A program made the position numbers and the translations under genes. Shown here one piece after another: positions 36,005 through 49,400 of a stretch of DNA of 64,000 bases. Source of the DNA: Botryllus schlosseri (lineage: Eukaryota); assembly GCA_051294905.1 (NCBI GenBank), contig CM119372.1:11408001-11472000 (forward strand). Direction: 5' to 3'. The stretch's first letter is position 1, and each line of letters starts with the position of its first letter. The notes under the pieces are model-generated. The model was not told the origin of the DNA. It did not search any database and saw only the letters and a list, made by a program, of their open reading frames with translations.

Positions 36005-37594
36005 CAGACTTGGACAACTAGATAATTCTAGTTGTCTAATTTCACTAAATTAGAGCGAAATGCCAGTAATGTAATTCTAATCTAGTTTTTGAAATGCTTC
36101 CATGCCAGTAATGTAATTCTAATCTAATTTGGAAAAATTTAGTAGCTCTAATTCTAATTCTAATCTAATTTGTCAAATGTTTATATGCTCTAATTTTAGT
36201 TCTAATCTAATTTATTCTTTTCCTGAAAATGCCTCTTTGTCCGCGGCATTTTGCACCGAGTTAACAAGAATATCCCTCTCGCACAGGGAAATCCGGTGCC
36301 AAGGCGCCATCGCATTACTGACATACACCGCACCATCATAGTATTAACGTGACGAACAATAGCCATGCTGGCATAGTAGCTTGTAGTCTCCGAACAACAT
36401 ACTAGTTTCGATCACAAACAGTACAGTAGCGAAGAAAAAGAGATTGTTTACACAGGCTTGTTCACTTTCATGCTCATAACTACATCAAGTAAAAAGAGGA
36501 TGGTGGCTTTAGATCTAACCAAAGAAAATATGTTAGAGAATGAAGTGGAAAGAGATTTCGAAGCAGCGCATGAGATCATGGACTGCGATGTTTTGAGTTA
36601 CTGGAAAGGAGAAAATAGTTTTCCTCATCTTAAAGCTGCTGCTTGAGAACTCGTAAGCATGACTTCCATATTAGCTTTCTTGCAGCCATGCAATAATGCA
36701 ATATCGACACAAAATGGCCCACACACAGTTGAGCAACCATGTTTTTAAAGCTTTACGACAGTACAACGCCGTGCCCACTAACATGGGCGATGGCTTGGTT
36801 ACGATAAAAGAAGTAATATTCTATCAAGTAAGTACATATAAAACATGAAATATCGTGATCGTAAACTTAATTTTATTTTGAACTATAAGCTGCGCACGAT
36901 ATACCTGACCAGGCTTTTCAGCGACTAATGAATCGATATTGGAGATATGCGGACATGACTAGCTGAAGGACTATCTCATCCTAAAGATTGATCTTGTGGA
37001 AAGCCCTAGGCCGTTTTCTAAGCGTCTCGGTCTTGGCATTGTCTGGACCATTTTACTTCAAGGCAATATGCTCTTATCAGCTTACTCTCCAACGATGTTT
37101 CCAATGGCCGAAACCATTTCAGCTAGTGCTAGTGAGTCATAGTCGTGTTTGGCACAGGCGAATGGATTATTTTGAAACAAGTACAATAATTTGATATTTG
37201 AAATCAATTTCAGCATTTCAAATTGTTTATCGCGTTTTTCCAAAATCACAAATCAGATCGTTGGCCGCATGTGACCCGCGTGTTGGTGACCCCTGGTATA
37301 GTGCAAAATGAGACAAGCTTGATGTACAGACGTTAGCCATTCTCATGTTTTATTATGACAATGCACTGTGATTTGATGTGAACTGAGCTTGATTTTCGCT
37401 GTATATTTATAATCCACAATTTCGTTCAATTTTAAATTTTTAGCTAATTCGGAAATTCTAATTCTAATTCTAATCTAATTTGAAAAATACTGTGCAGCTC
37501 TAATTCTAATTCTAATCTAATTTGAAAAAAGATGTGAAGCTCTAATTCTAATTTAATTTAGAAAAGCTAAAAGTTTTCAAGTTGTCCAAGTCTG
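36005..37594. mobile_element. Family C copy 2, deletion derivative retaining a transposase remnant
   Basis: TIR CAGACTTGGACAAC; perfect TSD CCTGTCAC; same subterminal arrays as copy 1. Confidence 0.85.
36497..36680 (+). pseudogene. Remnant of hAT transposase C-terminal dimerization domain
   Basis: ...DCDVLSYWKGENSFPHLKAAA*ELVS matches the DxLxxW...FPxL..AA motif; premature stop. Confidence 0.65.
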
Positions 37595-38122
37595 CCTGTC
37601 ACGGACCAAAAATATTCTCAACCAAAACTACATCGTCACGCAGCATTTCTACGGTCAGCGGACATCATCATCAGAACATTCATTCCGTACCAATGATCCA
37701 TACCTATGTAGGCCTACACTACAGCTATTAAGCCGACCATTTCAGGGCTCCAACCATTCCATATCGTGTACACGTCGGATAATTATACAACTTAAAAAAA
37801 ATCGTATATTTTTAAAGGCCCCTTTGTTTAAAATGCTATTCAAAACATATTTTAAACAGTCATTTGTTTTAAATGCAACCCTACCCACAATCTACAGTCC
37901 CAACTTTTGCAGTCCAAACGTGGATTCAACAGCATGGGCGTCAATGACAACGGAGCGCTGAGCTGAGTAGAAATTTTGTGAAAAAATCGAAACGTATCGG
38001 GCGTCAATAGGGCGGATGCTTCTGCATTTTGGCCAGGAAAGGCCATTGACAAAATAAAAATTTAGTGTATGTATAGGCAAATAAGTATGTTTAGTAAACA
38101 TTGTTTATATGATTAAAAAAAG

Positions 38123-38195
38123 TGCCCCGAGTGAGGATCGAACTCACGACCTTGAGATTATGAGACTCACGCGCTGCCTACTGCGCCATCGAGGC
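38123..38195 (-). tRNA. tRNA-Met: tRNA-Met (CAT), elongator type
   Basis: 73-nt cloverleaf GCCTCGATGGCGCAGTAGGCAGCGCG...CTCATAA...GTTCGATCC...TCGGGGCA followed by a T7 terminator. Confidence 0.95.
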
Positions 38196-38722
38196 AACGT
38201 GAGAAACAGGCCTAAAAATTTATTTTATTCACGCAAAATGAGCTTGAAGTAGTGAATGAAACTCAGTTAATTTTATTGTTCGATCCATAAGTGCGATAGC
38301 AACAAAGTTCGTTAGATACATTTTTAAAACCAACAATGCGATTTCATTATCCTCGTTTGCCATTACATACAAGATTGTGATACAGAAACAAGATGAGTAC
38401 CGGTAATATTTATAAAATGGTGAAATGATTCGTGAACCCTGAAACTACAGAAAGATCAGTATCAGTGAAGGGTATGGAATGATGGAGTGGAGGCGACTTG
38501 GTGAAGTCAATCAAGAATCAATCAGACTCAGTGCGTCTAAGGTATAAACCTCATTTTAACATGTTGTTCCATTTTTGTTATATTTGTCGGCAAGTTGAGG
38601 CATCATCAAAATGGGCAGGAGATTAAAATGAAAAGACATGTGTCGGTACGAGGAGAAAGAGACATCAGTACGTCAAAAATCATTAATTGAAATCGAGGCG
38701 ACGTAGAGAAGAAAAAAACTGG

Positions 38723-38795
38723 CGCCCGATAAGGGACTTGAACCCTTGACCGTTGGATTAAAAGTCCAACGCTCTACCGACTGAGCTAACCGGGC
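38723..38795 (-). tRNA. tRNA-Lys: tRNA-Lys (TTT)
   Basis: 73-nt cloverleaf GCCCGGTTAGCTCAGTCGGTAGAGCG...CTTTTAA...GGTTCAAGTCCC...TCGGGCG, then CCA, G and a T7 terminator. Confidence 0.95.
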
Positions 38796-39598
38796 GAGTC
38801 GTGTGGACTCGTCATCGCGTAAAATATAATCGTACGTTGACGTTCAGCGTGAACGGATGAAAAGCTATCATCGCGTGCGTTGATTCGTTGTTTTCGTAAT
38901 TGCATGATTATGGCACTGGCGTAGCCAGGAGGGGGCGAAATTAGTATAAGGTCGAACATTTTTTAAGCATATGAAATCAACTTGCAATTTTTTCTTAGCG
39001 CGATATACAGTTTCACTTCTTTTTTTAACTGTTGAGTACCCGCGCGCGCTTCTCGATAAATCAAATCAAGAAATATACCTTAATAAAAATAAGCATGATA
39101 TAGGTAGGGCCTACCGAATTGAATATATATAAAAGTATTCGCGTTTCCTCAGTTTCCTGCCTGCGGTCGAAGGATTCAGCCAACATGCGGCGGTTATTTT
39201 CGCCGCCGATCTTTTTGGCAGCAGACTTCGGCTAATTGCATGTTGGCCGAAAATGTATTGGCGTGTGGTAATGCCCGGAGTCGAAATTTATAATTTTATA
39301 GATAATGGTGAATCAGTGAACATTAATTTACAAATCGATCGAAAATGTTTTGAAGTTAACGAATGAATTGATTGGGCAATTTGCATATACATGATCAGAT
39401 TTTATGTGCAGAGCTGATGGAAGTGGTGTCTTCAAAATTTTAGGGCACACAAACCACATGGTCAGGGGTCGCTTACAAAAGCAATTCTATTCAGAGATTT
39501 TTACGTGCCAAGCAGGAATTGCTATACAGTAAATCACATTATGGCACGATGGGTATGGAATGTCATTCTGCAACCAGACTTGGACAACTAGATAATTC

Positions 39599-40825
39599 GA
39601 TTACCAGAGAACCCGGCCGTTGGAGAACCCGGCCCTACCAACTCGGCCCTCGGAGAACCCGGCCCTCGACGAACTCGAAATTTTGTATATCAAGCACGCG
39701 TGGTCTACTTGTTGTGGTCTACTTGTTGTGGTATTCATGGCGTTTTTCGACTACTCTGGACCTCGGTGAATGCGGCCCTCGAACAATTTTGAATTAAAAA
39801 TGCATTAAATGTGATATGATTCTCAGGTATAGGGAACAATCACGTGCCGTGGTAGATCTCCCAGTGCGAGAGCCTGATATCGAAGAATCTACCACGCATG
39901 CTACCGGTTCACCATGATTGTTTGCCAGGGAACTCGGCACTTGGAGTTTGATGCCGCAGCTTTGCAGCATGTGGCCTAATATCCCACCCCGGCAACCCTA
40001 ATATCCCACCTCCGGCAACCCTAATATCCCACCCCCGGCAACCCTAATATCCCACCCCCGGCAACCCTAATATCCCACCCCCGGCAACCCTAATATCCCA
40101 CCCCGGCAACCCTAATATCCCACCTCCGGCAACCCTAATATCCCACCCCCAGCAACCCTAATACCCCACCCCCGGCAACCCTAATATCCCACCCCGGCAA
40201 CCCTAATATCCCACCTCCGGCAACCCTAATATCCCACCCCGGCAACCCTAATATCCCACCCCCAGCAACCCTAATATCCCACCCCCGGCAACCCTAATAT
40301 CCCACCCCGGCAACCCTAATATCCCACCTCCGGCAACCCTAATGTCCCACTCCCCGAACCCTAATGTCTCCTTTCCCAACTACCCTACCCAACCCTAACA
40401 CCCCACCTCAACCTACAGTTGCAATAACGAGCAGACCACGAGTGGTTGATATGTGAGCAATAACAATCGTTGGGATATATTTTTCATCTGAACAATTCAC
40501 ACACAATGTACAATGCGATAAGACCCAATGCGATGTCATGAACAGATACTAGTATGTCGAACGTCGCACGTCCGCCCCGCGCCAAGTCAATTCAACACTG
40601 AGCCGACCACGCAAGCGTGATCACGTGATCTGATCACTCCGTGACTGCGTGATCTACGCATGCCCTGACCTTACAAGATTGACAAATCAGTTGATAATAA
40701 CATTATTACTTTATTAATTCATATTAATACTTGTGAATACACTTAATTTCAAAATTTCCCGAGGAATTCACCGAGGGCCGGGTTCTCCGAGGGCCGAGTT
40801 GGTAGGGCCGGGTTCTCCGGCAACC
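39599..40825. mobile_element. Family A element, copy 3 (opposite orientation to copies 1 and 2)
   Basis: Ends GATTACCAGAGAACCCGGCC and GGCCGGGTTCTCCGGCAACC; perfect 8-bp TSD GATAATTC. Confidence 0.8.
39975..40365. repeat. Minisatellite, ~17 units of 22-23 bp (GGCAACCCTAATATCCCACCCC)
   Basis: 16 GCAACCCTAA cores counted by eye plus partial units; length variation is confined to the C-run. Confidence 0.95.
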
Positions 40826-43600
40826 GATAATTCTAGCTGTCGATCTCGCTTCCCATGACATGCCGCCCTATTTCTTGTCGCTTCCTTTTTCTATACCATC
40901 TTCTTTACTTTCATTTAGTGTGCATGCCTCCTCTTTACATCGCCTAGGCCAAGGTGGGTGTCTGATTTCATAGACAACTCCTAGTCGCTTCGACATCTTC
41001 CTGTCTTTTCATTGTATCGCATTTTTTGTGGTGTAGGCCTATTGAACTGATAAAATTGCTAATAAACCAATGATGATGATGATAGTTATCTAATTTCACT
41101 AAATTAGAGCGAAATGCACGAAATCTAATTCTAATCTAGCTTGTAAAATGTGTCTATGGTCTAATTCTAATTCTAATCTAATTTGTGAAATGTTTCTATG
41201 CTCTAATTCTAATTCTAATCTAATTTGTGAAATGGTCCTATGCTCTAATTCTAATTCTAATCTAACTTATTGTTTTCCTGAAAATGCCTCGTTGTCCGCA
41301 GGGAAATCTAGTGCCAACCTTCAAGTCACCATCGCATTACTTAGAGTACACCGTACGTACGATCATATCGTAGTAGAGTAGGCCTAATTGTGACAAATAA
41401 TAACCAGCATGCTTTAGTACAACGCCGAAGACGTTTCTGCTGGTGCGGGATAGTGTTGTTGGGCACAGGCGAATAGCTTATTTTGAAAAAACAACAATAA
41501 TTTGAAACTGAAATCATTTTTAGCATTTCAAAATGCTTTACTTCGCGTTCTTCCAAAATCACAAATCAGATCGCCGTCCGCATGTGGCCCGCGTCTTGGT
41601 GAACCCTGGTGATTGCAAAACGAGCCAAGCTTGGTGTACAGACGTTAACCATTCTCATGCTTACGGGAACGCACTGCGATTTGATATGAACTGAATTTGA
41701 TTTTTGCTGTATTTATTTCTCATTCACAATTTCTTTCAATTTCCACGTTTTTGCGAATTCAGTAATTCTAATTCTAATCTAATTAGGAAAAAGCTGTGTA
41801 GCTCTAATTCTAATTCTAATCTAATTTGGAAGAATTTTGTTGCTCTAATTCTACTAATCTAATTTGGAAAAAATGTGTAGCTCTAATTCTAATTCTAATC
41901 TAATTTGAAAAAATGTGTAGCTCTAATTCTAATTTAATTTGAAAAAGCTGAAAATTTTCTAGTTATGTCCAAGTCTGTCTGCAACGTCCCGTCAAATAAG
42001 GTCTATTTCTATACAACCTCTTATTATTGATGCTGTGGTCCGACTCCGATGCGTCAACAAAAACTACGAAATTAGCCCGTGAGCAATGTCAGTATAGCCT
42101 ATCAGTTTATTAAGAATTTCATCATTTCAAAACATGACAAGCTGTGATACAATGAAAATATAGAAAGGACGGAAAGGTGTCGAAACGATTGGGACTGGTC
42201 TCTGAAATCAGACACCAACCTGGGCCTGGACGACGAAAAGATGAGGGATGCTCGGTGCACAATGAATGAAAAGTAAAAGAAAATAATATAACGACAAGCG
42301 ACAAAAAGAGGTGACATGTGACTGAAGGCGAGATCGATAGGCCTGAATCAAGTCATGGTCTAGTAAACTTGAGGGCTGACTAGTATATTCAAAGTCATTC
42401 AGTAGAAATTGCTTGAGGTTCGAGTTCGATAACCTTGCGGTATCAACCATTCATAAAGATCTCGCGATGGAGCTTCGAGAGGGTCCATTGTTAATATAAT
42501 TACTCTGTGAGGTGAGGGCATTGTAATTTCGCGACCTCCAGTAAAATTGTTTCTACTCAAAAGGTATTGTAATCGGTCACACGCACCAGACTGAACTAAA
42601 AGAAGAATGGCAAGACGCATATGCGTAAAAATCGCATTTCTTCACAGGGTGCAATATTTCCTCTGTAAGACCACTGAGACGCATGGGTTCAAATTGCAAT
42701 CATACACTCTTAGTAGCGAAAAGAGTTTCTATTTCCACCCGTATACCACCCCTGATATAACCAGCCTATACACGAAACCTGCTACCTCATTTTTATCGCT
42801 TGCATTTTTATATTACCTTCTTTTACTTTTCATTCAGTGTGCAATGTGCATGCCTCCCCGATCTTCACATCGCCCAGGCCAAAGTGGGCGTCTGATTTCA
42901 AAGACTACTTCGAGTCGTTTCGACACCTTCCATCTTTTCATATTGTATCGCAATTTTTGTGGTGTACTGAACTGATAAAAATTGCTAACATGCCGAATCT
43001 GAACCTACCTGCGACCTATACCGCGCTACAAATCGAATTCAGCATATTAATCCAAATTATGCATTCACGGAGGAACCTATAGGTCCACTTGCATATCATA
43101 TATGCACGAAGGATTTACGACCGCGATGTATAATTCTGAGTTGAGTTCTGTTTTCGTGTACCACCCTTTACAGTCGGTGTGAATAGACACCCTCTTCGCT
43201 AGGAGTGTTCTGGTTCGGAAGGGCCGGTAATTAATAGTCCCAAACCATACGCTACACATCCCTAGACTAAAGTCGATCTTTCCATTGTAGAATGTAACAT
43301 TTTTCGTGGTAGATTGAACTGAAAAAAATTGCTAACTAGACGAATATAAGCATCCTAACGGTCATGACGCCCTCGCGTGATAGTCGTTATATAGTCACAA
43401 TGTTCCCCCAAAGCTGCGCACGTGCGCAAATGCGCAGTGATAACACGGTCTCTGCGCACAGAAAATCTAAGTTGCGCACAAAAAATTCGAAGTGATGACC
43501 TTTTTTTCACTCGTTACGCACTGTTGTCCATGGGCCTGCGCAGTGAGTTGGTGAGTGTGCGCAGACTCGTCAAAAATTAGAGGGAACATAGGTTATAGAC

Positions 43601-44130
43601 CAGGGTTGTAACTTGTAACCAAGTCACAAGGCTCCGAGTCACAAGTCAATCTCACTTTTATATTTTTGACTCGAGTCAAGTCAAGTCATTTTCAATTCCC
43701 ACCGAGTCAAGTCCGAGTCCAAGTCAGCGAACAGAGGATCGAGTCCGAGTCATGGTATTATGACTCGAGTACGAGTCCAAGTCATTGTGTTGACTGCTCA
43801 GTTTCCAGTTAAAGTCTTCCTAAATCCACTTTTCTAACTCTGTTTGGTGATATTGAATGGTTCGCATTTATAATATATCAATTTTCCTCACTTTTCGCAG
43901 TTTCTGATTGTCGCATTTCCAAGCACCAGTACCAACAAACGAAATCCCAATAGTGTGTTGGCTTCGAAATTACAATGAAATGTCGGTCTTCGCCGTCTGA
44001 ATCTCGAGTCAATGACTTGCTTCGAGTCATGCGCAATGACTCGAGTCCAAGTCGAGTCAATACACAGATTGACTCGAGTCGAGTCAAGTCATCCGAAAAT
44101 CGTGACTCGAGTCGAGTCATTACAACCCTG
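43601..44130. mobile_element. hAT MITE, family E
   Basis: TIR CAGGGTTGTAA / TTACAACCCTG; perfect TSD TTATAGAC; GACTCGAGTC arrays. Confidence 0.85.
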
Positions 44131-44202
44131 TTATAGACTCAATGACACATTTTTTCCGCAAGACCTATGTGCGCATATTCAGCGCAAGAAATATAGTGTC
44201 AC

Positions 44203-44565
44203 TAGGGTTACCATACGTCCCCTATTTTCGGTTTTTGAAAATGTCGTCTGAGGACGCCTAAATGTCCTTCTTTCTGGCAATTCTTCCTCTACAGCTAGGA
44301 TAATGTACAGATTCCATTGAAAATGGGCATAACTGACGCTGAATAGCAAATAGGCTACGGACATTCGAGCGGGTAATTCGGGAGTCTAACGAAAGTGACG
44401 ACGGGGCCTACGATATTCATATGACGTAGTTCAAGTGACGACCTTTTAGTGAACTCCACAAATTTTCCAGTAAAATCCCCTAATTTCGGTCTTGATCAGC
44501 TAACTTTTCTGTTTTGGTAAACGTGAAGTGTCCTCCTTTCCCGATTCTAAAATACGGTAACCCTA
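44203..44565. mobile_element. hAT MITE, TAGGGTT family
   Basis: TIR TAGGGTTACC / GGTAACCCTA; flanks AGTGTCAC/AGTGACAC. Confidence 0.75.
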
Positions 44566-45044
44566 AGTGACACTCAATCTCCAAGAAAAACTGTAAGCGA
44601 GCAAACCTGCCCAAAACACGACGAATTTAAGGCATCGTAATTCTCATCGAAATCATTGTGTGGGCCTCGGGTTGACCATGACCACCCCGCTGTACGTTGT
44701 ACAGCGTAGCCTACGTACAGTCAGTATCTGTATAAACGACGGTTCTTATTATATTCATCGGTTCAAGACGTATACAATTCAAAACGAGATGCACAGAGTG
44801 GCAAGACGATCAAATAGGATGTCACGAGCATCTATTGTATGCGATATCTTCATCTAACTCTAACACCCACCTCGGCCTAATGCCCGATGCAACAGTGTGT
44901 GATATTCATCTGTCGGCTATCATTGTTTTGGACGCATTTCCGTCCTCTTTTAATTCCTCCTTCACCTGCATTTTTGTCAAGGCGATGTAAGAACACTTAC
45001 GTAGCGAAGGAATGAGCTCATATGAACATTTGACCCCTTGAAAG

Positions 45045-45567
45045 TAGAGGTCGACCGATTATCGAGGCCGATATTTAGAGCTTTCCCGATATCGGCTTCA
45101 TAGGCCGATATTTTATATTTAAAGAAATTTCAAAAAGACTGGAAATTCAATGCTCCAATCTCAAGAAATCGACGACGCAAAGGGCGATATATGACAGATT
45201 TGCCCTTGCAGGACGAGTTTGACTGCGGTGAGCAATGAGCATGCAGAGAAGCTATGCTTCCTGCTTTACAATCTCCCTTTTCTGGACTAATCCGCAATTC
45301 TGTATCATGTTTTGCTTTTTGGGTTATCCCTAATTTCAACGAATGTGCGCAATTAAGCAATAATTCTTTTCAATTACAGTTTTTTCGTCTGTTGTTCAGC
45401 TTTCTCTGACATGAACAAGGGATATCTTGCCTAATATATAATATTCTTGGTGAAATTGTTCTCTGCTCCTTCCATGTTAATATCGGCCTATGATATCGGG
45501 TATCGGCCTTGTGAGTGTGTCGATATATCGGTGTCGGTCTGTAAAAATCAATATCGGTCGACCTCTA
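45045..45567. mobile_element. hAT MITE
   Basis: TIR TAGAGGTCGACCGAT / ATCGGTCGACCTCTA; perfect TSD CTTGAAAG. Confidence 0.85.
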
Positions 45568-46448
45568 CTTGAAAGTACTACCGCTGAGCCCAGAACCGGG
45601 GGCTCGCAAGTCAATGACAGTGGATTTACCAACTGCACCAATTCTCTCAATTGCACAATACATGATCGAGTTAATCTAGAATGGTATGTATACCAGAGCA
45701 GCGGGAGATGTGACCAGATGCTGATCAGTAACCGATTAGATTTGAAATCCCAACCGAAAAACATAAACAACATATCGGTACATTTACTACTCTTCCATAT
45801 AGACAACACCGACATATCGAGAGTATATGCTCTGCAATAAGTTGATCAGTTCTGATCTCGTAAATCTAAAATAATGATCCTTGGCTTCACCCGGCTTATT
45901 TGATGCATAAGTGGCATTAGACTTTCATCAAGTGACCAGTTTCCCAGAGCCACAAATGCTTGTCACATAAATCATTACAATGATATCGTTAGGCAACAGC
46001 AGGAGCAGCTGAGTTAATCAGATGTGAGCTTCAGTCAAGTTTCCAACTATAAACACCATCAATGAAGGACCGTCATGTCACTTCCACAGGCAGATTCATA
46101 TGTGGTATCAACATTCAATACCGAAGAGTGTGACGTGAAACTGTTAAGACTGACAAAAATTACTGTTATCAATGCGAGGTATTCTATATCACTCGAGAAG
46201 AGTTGAAAAAAGTGGGTTGAACCGAATTGAACTGAAAACTGAACAGTGACCATAATGAATTGGACTCGAGTCAAAACACTATCACTTGGACTTGACCCTC
46301 TACTAGCTGACATGAACTCGGTGGTGAATTGAAAATGACCCGATTTGACTCGATTCAAAACTATAGAAGTGAGATTGACTTGTGACTAGGTTACAACCCT
46401 GGCCCATTGTGACAAACAATGTTCTACTGACTAGGATCCACATCCACA

Positions 46449-49400
46449 TCACTCTTGGAAATCCCATTCGACGTCACACATGGACATACGATTGAGTTCA
46501 TCCATCATTTCCTCTTGTTCTTGGAATACTCGGGCTAGAAATGATCGAAACCATACATTGTTTGGCTAGCTCTCACTCAAGAATCATGATATATATTACC
46601 AGATGCCTTTTTACTGATTGGGTCCATCTTCTCAAACACAGGCTGCAGGATTTGACACTTTGAAAGTCCTTTGATTTGTCTAAAGACGGGGTGCTTTAGG
46701 AGTTGGTCAGCATCCATCCTCATATCGGGGTCCCTTTCGAGACAATCGGTTACCAGCTAGAAACAAATCATGATATTTAGATAATGTGATATTATTGAAT
46801 GTGAACATGGAATGGCAACGACCGATTTTGCAGTTTCGTTCCGCTTCGCTGAAGCTGGAATCCAGACTTGTTTTGCATAAGCGACTGTAGGATTTCTGGC
46901 AATCCAAAAGAGATCTTCCAGAGCGCGGAATTTACTGAATCTGGTCTTGATTGAAAGCTACTGTCGCACCGATTCCGAAAATATAAATTAAAATATGATC
47001 AGGCACTGAACCACGTAGAATCCACCCTCCAAATCTGAAATATTGGCATTGACCGAACGATCGGAGAGCCGCAACGGGTCGATGTTATGGTCAGTGTTTC
47101 GTGATTAGCCGATTGTTCTGAACAATGCACATTTCAGATGCCGAAGGTGATTTTTCATCCATGTCCGGACCCTGACCATCTTTTAATTCATACTTTTGGA
47201 ATCAGTGCGACCGTTGCTGTCGATCAAGACCAGATTCAGTAAATTCTGCGCTCTGGATGATCACTTTTGGATTGCCAGAAATCCTAGTCGCTTACGCAAC
47301 ACAATTCTGGATTCCAGCTTCAGCGAAGCGCAATGACACTGCAAAATCAGTCGTTGCCATTCCATGTTTACATTCCATAGTGATATGTTGCAAGGACGAG
47401 CTAAAGTAGCGGTTAACCTGATGCATTGCAGTTGAGAATTTTCTTGACTTTGCTGCCTCAATCATTTCGGACTTGAATTTCTCAGTATCAGCATTTGCGG
47501 ATGGACCTGCAATGAGGACGCGAGGACATACTAGTGACTAACAAGGATATCAGTAACAATTTAAGGATGAGTGCTGATAATAACATGTCTTGGCCTTGAG
47601 TATTATTTTAAAACGGCTTAATCCATGATAAAATTTATACACATAATTAGTAGAGTTGCCTTTGCCGCCTATTTTAATTACCACAAGACCTTGAAGATAC
47701 AGACACCAACAAATATATAAAATGACCGTATCATTTCCTTACTAGTGTCTTCAATCAATGGAGCAACAGTTGTTTCATCCAACATGAATGGAATGGTTCC
47801 GTTCAATTTCTCGAGCAGCATCTACAAAACACAAATCAAAAGCACCTATTTTCATTTGTGAACAGAGGTAAAATTTACCTGAGTACTGGGCATGTCTGTG
47901 AACGGCGCATATCCATTTGCAAGTTCACAGGCTGTGATCCCCAAACTATATATGTCAGACTTGGTGCAGTAGCCTTGCATGTCCTGTAGCATTGAAAACA
48001 TTGGACCTTGCAATTGAACTAAGGTCAATATTGCAAATACCACTTACTTGCTGTAAGATCTCTGGGCTTAACCACGGCAACATTGAAGAATCATGTTTGG
48101 GAAAGTCGTGCACCTTTTTGACTGGTATGCCGTCCCGGGACAATTCGATCATGTTACGATGGCCGCTCAATTTGATCTCACCATTCTTAGACACAAGAAT
48201 GTGACTACACCGTACGCCGCTTTGGATGATTATGATGCTTGGTTAAATTGACCAGTTGGTGAAACACAAACCTTTGTAGTTACCGGTGGATCAAATTAAC
48301 ACTGCGGAGGTATGACAGAGCCGTCAAAATTTCATAAAGTATCAACGCCATGATCTTTTCAGGTAGGCCATGCTTGAAATGGCTGGATATTATATCAGCA
48401 CAAGATCCTGTACATTAAAAACTTGATTTACAATCTCAACTACCGCTATATTGATACAAGATACTAACCGTAGTCCATAAACAGTGATGACATGCATAAT
48501 CGACTTTTTGAAAGCCAGACAGAAGAATATGTATGGATGTTCTCGTGGCTGATTGTTCTTGTTAGTGCCACTTCATGCTGCCAATAGAGATTGATAACAA
48601 TACTAAATTGCCAAATCTGCAGTTCATTACACAATAGAGAGATTATTTTCACAGCGGAATCAACAACATAACAAATTTCTAATCAGTTCCAAGTTCGGCT
48701 CATTAGCAATTTTTGTCAGTTCAATGCACCACAAAATTGCGATACAATGAAAAGATCGGAGGGTGTCGAAACGACTAGGTGTTGTCTTTGAAGTCGATGA
48801 TTATTGATATTTTACATCGATGTTCAATGTTCCTAAATAACTAAATTTGAACATTTTTTCACCCAACATCATCAATTTGCATAATTATTGTTCAAAAATA
48901 CAGCACGAAAGGAGAATTGAGGCACGGGTGGGTCGTGCTTCACCTGCGACAATGCAATTCATCATAAATAGCTCGGAATTCATAACTGACAGTATCAAAC
49001 AAATGCTATCTTCACACTGATTCCGAAAATCCAATAATAACAGTACCAGAGCACCAGAACCCCCCCAAAATCGCCAAGGTGACATTAGGCTTTATTACAG
49101 ACAGTGCCATCGCATAGAAACAATAGCCAGGTGAGGCACAAATGAATCTGCCTCATGCACTATTGGCTAACAATTGGACAATCGCACCACAGTGAAACGC
49201 GCTATTGATTTCGGAATACAACAGTCCTGTAGAAATTACATAGTAGCGACGGCCAATACGCAATGCGGAGAAAATACATTACCTTACTTATATTTTCCAT
49301 TAAATTGTGGTATGTGATAGCTACTTTATAGGCTGCATTGTCGTTGTTTGTGACCTTTATGTGCGTGTAACTGCAATACCTATAACCCTTAATTGTGGTA

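Larger units (their letters stand above)
39575..41977. mobile_element. Family C copy 3 carrying nested family A and LINE insertions
   Basis: TIR CAGACTTGGACA; perfect TSD TCTGCAAC (39567-39574, 41978-41985). Confidence 0.85.

Noticed and set aside
38123-38795. tRNA-Met and tRNA-Lys starts exactly 600 bp apart
   Set aside because: Flanks are unrelated; a round number has no biological meaning.
39975-40365. Tandem array considered as a CRISPR or true telomere
   Set aside because: No unique spacers, eukaryotic context, and the unit is 22-23 bp inside a TIR element rather than (TTAGGG)n.
42399-42620. ORF starting MRLAILLLVQSGAC as a secreted protein
   Set aside because: Continuous with a decayed LINE ORF2 end (LKQFLLNDFEY) and its 3' UTR.
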